Below, one piece after another: positions 6,149-12,783 of a DNA stretch of 12,783 bases; within the stretch, counting starts at the first letter, position 1; every line of letters starts with the position of its first letter. Source of the stretch: Actinomycetota bacterium (GTDB lineage: Bacteria; Actinomycetota; Acidimicrobiia; IMCC26256; PALSA-555); the NCBI GenBank assembly GCA_016870245.1, contig VGCA01000077.1, positions 1-12,783 on the forward strand. The letters are read 5' to 3'. A program made the translations under genes and the position numbers. Under the pieces are notes generated by a model. The model was not told the origin of the DNA, searched no databases, and saw only the letters and a program-made list of their open reading frames with translations.

Positions 6149-7050
6149 CCTGTGTGATCCTCCGGCTCGACTTGCAGGGTGGCGTGCTCGATTCCGTACC
6201 GAGCGCCCAGGAGCGTACGCGCTGCGTCGAGCACCGGGTGGTGCAGGGTCTCGCCGGCGACCACGAGGTGCCCCGTGGCCACGTCCATGCCCGACGTCAG
6301 CGTCCAGACGTGGACGTCGTGCACGTCGACCACGCCCGGGATGGCCCCCAGGTCGGCCGTGAGGGCGTCGACGTCGACGTGGGCCGGGGCGATCTCGCTG
6401 AGGACCCGCAGCGCGTCCCGGGCCAGGCGCAAGGCACGGGGGACCATGAAGACGCCGATGGCGACACCCACCACCGAGTCGATCGGCTCCCAGGACAGCG
6501 TGAGCAGCACGACCGCGGCCACGATCACCCCCACCGACCCGAGGGCGTCGCCGAGCACCTCCAGGTAGGCGCCCCGCACGTTCATGCTGTCGCGCGACCC
6601 CTCCCGGAGGAGCAGCAGGACGCCGAGGTTCACCAGGAGCCCGACCACGCCCATCACCAGCACGGGCGCGCCGGGGACGTCGACGTCGTCGCCGATGCGC
6701 AGGATCGCCTCGACGAGCACGTAGAGGGCGACGGCGATCAGGAGGAACGCGTTGGCGAGCGCGGCGAGCACCTCGAGCCGGTAGAGCCCGTAGGTGCGCC
6801 CACGGTCGCGGCCGGCTCGGGCCGCCACCGTGATCGCGGCGAGGGCCAGGCCGAGCCCGACGGTGTCGGTGAGCATGTGGCCGGCATCGGAGAGCAGCGC
6901 CAGGGAGCCCGTCACGAGCGCGACCGCCAGCTGGAGCACGAAGAACGCCGCGATGACCACGAACGCGACCTGCAGCCGTCCCCGGTAGCGCGCGCCGGCG
7001 CCGAGCGCGCCGTGGACGTGACCGTGCGCAGCGCCGTGGTCGTGGCTCAC
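6127..7050 (-). CDS. Cation diffusion facilitator (CDF) family heavy-metal efflux transporter (CzcD/ZitB-like)
   Basis: 307-aa ORF with a His-rich N-terminus (MSHDHGAAHGHVHG) and six hydrophobic helices. It has the CDF signatures SLALLSDAGHMLTD (TM2 metal site) and HVWTLTSG in the C-terminal cytoplasmic domain. It overlaps the surE start by 22 nt. Confidence 0.85.
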   Translation of the reverse strand: MSHDHGAAHGHVHGALGAGARYRGRLQVAFVVIAAFFVLQLAVALVTGSLALLSDAGHMLTDTVGLGLALAAITVAARAGRDRGRTYGLYRLEVLAALANAFLLIAVALYVLVEAILRIGDDVDVPGAPVLVMGVVGLLVNLGVLLLLREGSRDSMNVRGAYLEVLGDALGSVGVIVAAVVLLTLSWEPIDSVVGVAIGVFMVPRALRLARDALRVLSEIAPAHVDVDALTADLGAIPGVVDVHDVHVWTLTSGMDVATGHLVVAGETLHHPVLDAARTLLGARYGIEHATLQVEPEDHTGCEDVTW

Positions 7051-7072
7051 GGTCGGCAGGCTCGGTCGCCGG

Positions 7073-7530
7073 TCAGCGCCGGGCCGCCTTCATCGCCCGG
7101 TCGGCCTCGCGCTTCGCGTCGCGCTCGGCGATCGCATGGCGCTTGTCGTAGGTCTTCCTGCCGCGCCCGACTCCCAGCTCGACCTTCACCCGGCGGTCCT
7201 TGAAGTAGAGCTTCAACGGGATCAACGAGACGCCCTTGGTGTCGGTGACGCGTTGCAGGTCGACGATCTCCTTGGCGTGGAGCAGGAGCTTGCGGCGGCG
7301 GTCGGGGTCGAGGTCGGGACGCGCGAACGCGTACGGGCTGATGTGCATGGCGTAGAGCCACACCTCGCCGTCCTCCACCCGGGCGTACGCGTCGCGCAGC
7401 ACGACCTTGCCGTCGCGCACCGACTTGACCTCCGCCCCGACGAGCATGATGCCGCACTCGACGGTCTCCTCGATCGCGTAGTCGTGCCGCGCCCGCCGGT
7501 TGACGATCGTGGGGGTGGGGGTGGCCATGG
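7073..7530 (-). CDS. smpB: SsrA-binding protein SmpB
   Basis: MATPTPTIVNRRARHDYAIEETVECGIMLVGAEVKSVRDGKVVLRDAYARVEDGEVWLYAMHISPYAF...DPDRRRKLLLHAKEIVDL...GVSLIPLKLYF.DRRVKVELGVGRGRKTYDKRHAIAERDAKRE matches SmpB along its full length. The ATG is at rc 7528-7530. The ORF-track extension up to 7669 (Arg-rich) is not part of the gene. Confidence 0.9.
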
Positions 7531-7650
7531 GTCCACGGTAACGCGCGGGCGCGGCGCTCCCTGCCCGGCGGCGGGTGGACGCCGGCCGCCCACGTCCGTA
7601 GCCTGCGGGCAGGTCGTCGGCGTCTCCGCCGGCGCGCGGGGAGGTGCGAC
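7531..7650. promoter_or_regulatory. Divergent intergenic region, presumed to hold promoters for the smpB-led minus-strand block and the flotillin-led plus-strand block
   Basis: 120-bp non-coding gap between two divergently oriented first genes. The GGGGAGG Shine-Dalgarno is at 7636-7642, 8 nt upstream of the GTG at 7651. No -10/-35 elements could be assigned confidently. Confidence 0.3.
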
Positions 7651-9813
7651 GTGGGCGGGTTGATCGCAACGGCAGTGGTCGTGGCGCTCGTGCTGATCGT
7701 GGTGGTGAAGTCGTTCCACTCGATCGGGTCGCTCCAGGTGGGCCTCGTGTCCAAGCGGTTCGGGTTCCGCAAGCTCGGCGAGGACGACCCGGTCGCCTTC
7801 CGGGGCGAGGCCGGCTACCAGGCCCGGCTCCTCATGCCCGGTCTCCGGTTCAAGCTGTGGCCGGTGTTCGGCGTGAAGAAGTACCCGTGGGTGCAGGTCC
7901 CCGCGGGCGAGATCGGCGTGGTGATCGCCCAGGTGGGCGCGCCACTGCCGATCGGCGCGAAGAGCGCCGCCTACCGTCCGGAGTTCGCGAACTTCTCGTC
8001 GCTCGAGGGCTTCGTGGAGCACGGCGGGCAGAAGGGGGTGCAGCGCCCGGTGCTGCCGCCGGGCACGCTGCTTCCCATCCACCCCGTCGGCTTCCTCGTG
8101 CTCACACCGCAGACGGTCTACGGCCTGCCGGTGTCGCCCGACCTCGCCGAGCAGGCGAGCGGCGACGTGCTCACGCCGGAGTCGTTCGGCCTCACCCCCG
8201 ACATGCTGCGGGTGGTCGTCATCGCCCCCGACGGCGAGCTCGACCTCGTCGGCGTGGTCACCACGCTCGAGGGCGAGCCGCTGCCTTCGGGCGACATCGC
8301 CAGCCGCATCGGGGCCTTCGAGGACATCGCCCAGCTCGAGGCCCGCGAGTCGAACGGGGGGACCCCCGTGACCGACGCCGACCGCATCGAGCAGCTGCTC
8401 GGCTCGAAGAACACGATCCACAACAACTATCAGGACTTCCAGGCGTTCCTCGACGCCGGTGGGCGCATCGGCCTCCAGCACGACCCGCTGCTCTACGGCG
8501 CGTACCTGCTCAACCCGTTCCTCGTGCGGGTCGACCTGGTGCCGATGCTCGTGGTCAACCAGGGCGAGGTCGCGGTGATGAAGGCCTACGTCGGCCTCGC
8601 CACGCTCGACACCTCGGGGTCGGAGTTCAAGTTCGGCTCGATCGTGCGGCCCGGGCACCGCGGCATCTGGCAGGAGCCGCTGCGCACCGGCAAGTACCCG
8701 ATCAACCCGCGCATCTACGCGGCGGAGATCGTGCCGACGTTCATCCTCACCTTGAACTGGGCCGAGACGACCTCGGAGGCCCACGACCTCGACGCGCAGC
8801 TGTCGTCGATCCTGGGCAAGAGCCGCGAGGGCTTCGTGTTCCGCATCGACCTCCAGGTGCAGATCCACGTACCCGACACCCGCGCACCGAAGGTCATCTC
8901 GATGGTCGGCACGATGCGCAACCTGGTGAGCGAGGTGCTGCAGTCGGCGGTGGGGAACCACTTCCGCAACACGCTGCAGGCGCTCGAGGCGATCCGGTTC
9001 ATCGAGACCCGCCAGCAGGTGCAGGCCGCGGCCTTCGAGGCGATCACCGGCTACCTCGGCCAGTACGAGGTGGAGACCAAGGGCGTCTACATCCAGGACG
9101 TGGTGTTCCCCGAGGAGCTGGTCCTCGTGCTCACCCAGCGCGAGATCGCGAACCAGGAGAAGGCCACCTACGAGGAGATGCAGCGAGCCCAGACGTCGCG
9201 CATCGAGATGGAGAAGGCCAAGGGGACCGCCGACATGCAGTCCCAGCTCGCCAGTGCGCAGGTGGGCGTGCAGATCAAGCAGAACGAGGCCGAGGCCCGG
9301 CGGGCCGAGGGCGAGGGCGAGGCCGCCTACGTCGAGATCACCGGACGGGCCGAGGCCACGAAGGTCGAGGCCATCGGTCTGGCCGAGGCCAAGGCGGTCG
9401 AGGCGCTGGGCGTGGCCCGGGCCACCGGCTTCGAGGAGCAGCGTCGAGCGATCGGCGAGGGGGCGACCGCGGTCGTCGCCGTCGCCAACGCGGTGGCCGA
9501 GGGCCAGATCACGGTGGTGCCCGAGGTGCTCGTGACCGGCGGGGGAAGCTCGTTCGAGGGCCTCGCGGCCACGTTCATGCGCCAGCTCACCCGGGGCGGT
9601 CCGCTGCTCGGCGCGCGCAGCGGCGACGGCGAACCGGGTCCCGGTGGCAACGGCGATGGCGACCCCGGTGGCTTGGGCGCCGCCCCGGCGCCGAACGAGG
9701 GGGTCCCCGGACCGGCCCTGGCGGCCGAGCAGCGTGACCTGCTGGACGCGCCATCCGACGTGGTCGTCGCCCCCGCCGAGGTCGTCGCGCCCGACGACGG
9801 GCGCCCCACCTGA
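7651..9813 (+). CDS. Flotillin-like SPFH/band-7 domain protein (YqiK/FloT-like) with an N-terminal TM anchor and a C-terminal Gly/Pro-rich disordered tail
   Basis: 720-aa ORF. It has an N-terminal hydrophobic helix (LIATAVVVALVLIVVV), an SPFH core, an EA-rich coiled-coil / flotillin C-terminal region (QNEAEARRAEGEGEAAYVEITGRAEATKVEAIGLAEAKAVEALGVARA), then a GDGEPGPGGNGDGDPGG tail. GTG start with a good RBS. Confidence 0.8.
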   Translation: MGGLIATAVVVALVLIVVVKSFHSIGSLQVGLVSKRFGFRKLGEDDPVAFRGEAGYQARLLMPGLRFKLWPVFGVKKYPWVQVPAGEIGVVIAQVGAPLPIGAKSAAYRPEFANFSSLEGFVEHGGQKGVQRPVLPPGTLLPIHPVGFLVLTPQTVYGLPVSPDLAEQASGDVLTPESFGLTPDMLRVVVIAPDGELDLVGVVTTLEGEPLPSGDIASRIGAFEDIAQLEARESNGGTPVTDADRIEQLLGSKNTIHNNYQDFQAFLDAGGRIGLQHDPLLYGAYLLNPFLVRVDLVPMLVVNQGEVAVMKAYVGLATLDTSGSEFKFGSIVRPGHRGIWQEPLRTGKYPINPRIYAAEIVPTFILTLNWAETTSEAHDLDAQLSSILGKSREGFVFRIDLQVQIHVPDTRAPKVISMVGTMRNLVSEVLQSAVGNHFRNTLQALEAIRFIETRQQVQAAAFEAITGYLGQYEVETKGVYIQDVVFPEELVLVLTQREIANQEKATYEEMQRAQTSRIEMEKAKGTADMQSQLASAQVGVQIKQNEAEARRAEGEGEAAYVEITGRAEATKVEAIGLAEAKAVEALGVARATGFEEQRRAIGEGATAVVAVANAVAEGQITVVPEVLVTGGGSSFEGLAATFMRQLTRGGPLLGARSGDGEPGPGGNGDGDPGGLGAAPAPNEGVPGPALAAEQRDLLDAPSDVVVAPAEVVAPDDGRPT

Positions 9814-9838
9814 CCTTCCGACCCTCGTGCGTCACCGC

Positions 9839-9856
9839 GGGCGCGACATCGCGCCC
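9839..9856 (+). terminator. Candidate hairpin downstream of the flotillin gene (GGGCGCG-ACAT-CGCGCCC)
   Basis: 7-bp perfect inverted repeat with a 4-nt loop, 26 nt after the TGA at 9811-9813. No U-tract. Confidence 0.25.
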
Positions 9857-10002
9857 CTCGGGGCCCAGCGAGATCGCGGCGGGTGGGGGGTCTCCGGCCC
9901 CGGTCCGCACGCGAGCCCAGGGATAGGCTGCGCCCGCTCGTCGCTGCGGCGACGCACCCGTCGTCCCGCCCCGCGCCCGTGGGGATGAACCCAGGGAGCT
10001 CC

Positions 10003-12300
10003 ATGGCCACCTCCGGCTCGATCCTCGGCAACCCGGTCATCCGACTCGAGGACCCGCGCATCCTGCGCGGCGAGGCCCGCTACGTCGACGACCTGCCGTT
10101 GCCGGGTGCCGCCCACCTGGTGTTCGTCCGATCGACGATCGCACACGCCCGCATCGAGTCGATCGACACGAGCGACGCGCAGGCCATGCCGGGCGTGATC
10201 GCCGTGTACACGAGCGACGACCTCGACGTGCCCGACGTGCAGGGCTTCATCATGTTGCCGCCGGCGTTCAACCGGCCCTCGCTGGCCACGGGTCGCGTCC
10301 GGTTCGTCGGCGACATCGTTGCCGCGGTGGTGGCGGAGACTCGCGCCCAGGCGGTCGACGCAGCCGAAGCGGTCGTCGTCGACTACGACCCGCTGCCGGT
10401 TGTGGTCGACCCCGAGGCCGCCATGGCCGACGACGCGCCGGTGCTGTTCGAGGACCACGGCTCCAACATCGCGTTCGCCATGGACATGGGCGACGACCCG
10501 ACGGTCTTCGAGGGCGCCGACCACATCGTGAAGGTGCGCTCGGTGAGCCAGCGCCTCGCCGCCGTGCCCATGGAGACGAACGCGTGCGTGGCCGAGCCCA
10601 CCGCGAGCGGCATGACGATCCACGTCCCGACCCAGGGCCCCAACTCGCTGCGCGACTCGCTCGCCCCGCTGCTGGGGTTCGAGCAGCACGAGCTGCGCGT
10701 CGTCGCCCCGGCGGTCGGCGGCGGCTTCGGCGCGAAGAACGGCGTCTACCCCGAGTTCGTCGTGGTCGGCCACGCGGCAAAGCAGCTGCAACGGCCGGTG
10801 AAGTGGGTCGAGACGCGCTCCGAGAACATGGTCGCGTTGGTGCACGGCCGCGGGCAGCTCGAGTACCTGGAGCTCGGGTTGACCGCCGAAGGCAAGATCG
10901 TCGGGATGAAGGGCCGGGTGATCGGCGACGCCGGCGCCTACCCCGCGATCGGCGCGTTCCTCGTGTTCTTCACCCGGCAGATGGCTCCCGGCGTGTACGA
11001 CATCCCCAAGGTCGACGTGAAGGCCTTCGCGGTGGCCACCAACACCACCCCGATCGCGGCGTACCGGGGGGCAGGTCGTCCGGAGGCCGCGCAGTTCCTG
11101 GAGCGAGCACTCGACATCGCCGCGGACGAGCTCGGCATCGACCCCGTCGAGATCCGCAAGCGCAACTTCATCCCGCCGGAGTCGTTCCCGCTCTCCACCG
11201 TCACGGGCTCCAACTACGACACCGGTGAGTACCTGGTGCCGCTGGAGGAGGCCTGCCGCATCGCCGGGTACGACGACCTCCGGGCCGAGCAGCGGGCGCG
11301 CCGCGATCGGGGAGACACGATGCTCCTCGGCATCGGCGTCTCCAGCTACGTCGAGATCACCGCCCCCGGGCTCGTCCAGGAGTACGGGAAGGTGGAGGTC
11401 GCGGCGGATGGCGGCGTCGACGTCACCGTCGGCACCTCGTCGCACGGCCAGGGGCACCGAACCGCGTTCGCGATGATCGTGCAGGACCTCCTCGGCGTGC
11501 CGATGGAGAAGGTCCGGCTCATCCAGAACGACACCGACCTCGTGCCGCGGGGTACCGGCACCATGGGGTCGCGGTCGATCCAGATCGCGGGGAGCGCCGT
11601 GCACGAGGCGAGCACGCAGGTCCTCGAGAAGGCCAAGCAGCTCGCGGCCCACCTGCTCGAAGCCGACGTGTCCGACATCACGGTCTACGAAGGTGTGGGC
11701 CTCGGCGTCGCCGGCGTGCCCGCCAACGCGCTCACGTGGCAGGAGCTCGCGCTCGCCGCCACCGAGGTCGATCGCCGGCCGGCCGACTGGGAGGGCCACC
11801 TCGCGGTCGAGCTCGACTTCAACCAGGGCGACTCCACCTACCCGTTCGGCGCGCACATCGCCGTGGTCGAGATCGACACCGAGACCGGCCGGGTCGAGCT
11901 GCAGCGGATCGTCGCCGTCGACGACTGCGGCCGGATCATCAACCCGGTCCTCGTGCGCGGCCAGCAGCACGGCGGCATCGCCCAGGGTGTGGCGCAGGCG
12001 CTCTACGAGCAGGTCGTCTACGACGACGACGGCAACCCGCTCACCGCGAACCTCATGGACTACGCGATGCCGAGCGCGGCCGAGCTGCCGAGCTTCGAGA
12101 CTGCGAACACCGAGACCCCGACCCCGCGCAACCCGCTCGGCGCGAAGGGAATCGGGGAGTCGGCGACGATCGGCTCGACGCCTGCGGTGCAGAACGCGGT
12201 CGTCGACGCGCTGTCGCACCTCGGGGTGACCCATCTCGACATGCCGTTCACGGCCGAGCGGGTGTGGCAGGCGATCCGGGAGGCGAAGGGCACTGCCTGA
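10003..12300 (+). CDS. Xanthine dehydrogenase family molybdopterin-binding large subunit, form-II CoxL-like (aerobic-type CO dehydrogenase large-chain homolog, substrate unknown)
   Basis: 765 aa from the ATG at 10003 (RBS GGGAG 5 nt upstream). The ORF-track start at 9883 adds an Arg/Pro-rich leader and is unlikely to be real. The active-site loop AYRGAGR (the form-II signature, against form-I AYRCSFR) is present. The N-terminal a/b-hammerhead and C-terminal Mo-cofactor binding regions are also present (GIGESATIGSTPAVQNAV). Confidence 0.85.
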   Translation: MATSGSILGNPVIRLEDPRILRGEARYVDDLPLPGAAHLVFVRSTIAHARIESIDTSDAQAMPGVIAVYTSDDLDVPDVQGFIMLPPAFNRPSLATGRVRFVGDIVAAVVAETRAQAVDAAEAVVVDYDPLPVVVDPEAAMADDAPVLFEDHGSNIAFAMDMGDDPTVFEGADHIVKVRSVSQRLAAVPMETNACVAEPTASGMTIHVPTQGPNSLRDSLAPLLGFEQHELRVVAPAVGGGFGAKNGVYPEFVVVGHAAKQLQRPVKWVETRSENMVALVHGRGQLEYLELGLTAEGKIVGMKGRVIGDAGAYPAIGAFLVFFTRQMAPGVYDIPKVDVKAFAVATNTTPIAAYRGAGRPEAAQFLERALDIAADELGIDPVEIRKRNFIPPESFPLSTVTGSNYDTGEYLVPLEEACRIAGYDDLRAEQRARRDRGDTMLLGIGVSSYVEITAPGLVQEYGKVEVAADGGVDVTVGTSSHGQGHRTAFAMIVQDLLGVPMEKVRLIQNDTDLVPRGTGTMGSRSIQIAGSAVHEASTQVLEKAKQLAAHLLEADVSDITVYEGVGLGVAGVPANALTWQELALAATEVDRRPADWEGHLAVELDFNQGDSTYPFGAHIAVVEIDTETGRVELQRIVAVDDCGRIINPVLVRGQQHGGIAQGVAQALYEQVVYDDDGNPLTANLMDYAMPSAAELPSFETANTETPTPRNPLGAKGIGESATIGSTPAVQNAVVDALSHLGVTHLDMPFTAERVWQAIREAKGTA

Positions 12301-12361
12301 GTCCCGCTTCGAGCCGCGGCTCGCCTCACCCACCCTGCGCCTCACCCATGAGCAGTACCGG

Positions 12362-12745
12362 GTGATCGTCGCGCACTGTCTCGACGGCCTCCCCGACGAG
12401 GCGTGCGGAATGCTCGCCGGCCCGATGGTGGCGGGGGAGCCCACGGGGGAGGTCTCCGCGGTGTACCCGTGCCGCAACGCCGACGCGTCGGCCCGGACCT
12501 ACACGGTGGAACCCCGCGACCTGCTGAAGGCCATGCGCGACGCCGACGCCCGCGGTGACGAGCTCGTGGGGGTGTGGCACTCCCACACCCACACCGACGC
12601 CTACCCGTCGCCCACCGACGTCCGCCAGGCCGTCGATCCCGCCTGGCTCTACGTGCTGGTGAGCCTCCGCCACGGCGAGCCCGCCCTGCGCGCGTACCGG
12701 ATCCGCGACGCCGCCATCGTCGAGGTGGCCGTCTCCGTCGCCTGA
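12362..12745 (+). CDS. Mov34/MPN/PAD-1 (JAMM) family metalloprotease (Mec/desampylase-like)
   Basis: 127-aa ORF with a GTG start. The N-terminus has the EACG motif (PDEACGMLAG). The JAMM zinc motif is H-S-H-T-H-T-D-A-Y-P-S-P-T-D (HxHx7Sx2D). Confidence 0.8.
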   Translation: MIVAHCLDGLPDEACGMLAGPMVAGEPTGEVSAVYPCRNADASARTYTVEPRDLLKAMRDADARGDELVGVWHSHTHTDAYPSPTDVRQAVDPAWLYVLVSLRHGEPALRAYRIRDAAIVEVAVSVA

Positions 12746-12783
12746 CGGAGGCTGCGACACCACCTCGGGGGTCGTGGGGGCTC

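Noticed and set aside
7531-7669. N-terminal 46-codon extension of the smpB ORF
   Set aside because: It is Arg-rich and non-conserved, whereas SmpB homology begins exactly at the ATG at 7530. The extension would also consume the divergent promoter region.
9883-10002. N-terminal 40-codon extension of the CoxL-like ORF
   Set aside because: It is an Arg/Pro-rich leader with no homology. The ATG at 10003 has a GGGAG Shine-Dalgarno at optimal spacing, and conserved sequence begins there.
1-12783. CRISPR arrays, rRNA/tRNA genes, and IS elements with terminal inverted repeats
   Set aside because: No regularly spaced direct repeats, no additional tRNA-like T-arm or acceptor signatures beyond ssrA, and no transposase-like ORFs were seen.

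Overview
This is a high-GC, actinobacterial-type chromosomal window. Most long six-frame ORFs are GC-frame artifacts. The real genes form two blocks that diverge from an intergenic region at about 7531-7650.

The minus-strand block runs from about 7530 down to 1. In order it contains: smpB (SsrA-binding protein); a cation-diffusion-facilitator (CDF) transporter; a signal-peptide-bearing SurE-like 5'/3'-nucleotidase; a 4-Cys hypothetical; a carboxymuconolactone-decarboxylase (CMD/AhpD-like) protein; an HtpX/M48-like membrane protein that has lost its HEXXH zinc site; and the tmRNA gene ssrA (about 2509-2863). Directly beyond the ssrA 3' end come a DUF4956-type membrane protein with a repeat-encoded proline-rich tail, a secreted CotH-family kinase, and the N-terminus of a Tat-signal protein that runs off the window.

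The plus-strand block encodes a large YqiK/flotillin-like SPFH protein, a form-II CoxL-like (xanthine dehydrogenase family) molybdopterin-binding large subunit with no adjacent small subunits, and a JAMM/MPN metalloprotease.

The tmRNA call rests on direct comparison of its 5' and 3' ends with known ssrA sequence and on an in-frame tag ending ALAA-TAA (predicted tag ANSDEMALAA).

The most unusual candidates are the CotH-DUF4956 pair sitting at the ssrA 3' end without the usual VTC partner, and the coupled 4-Cys / CMD / dead-HtpX module.
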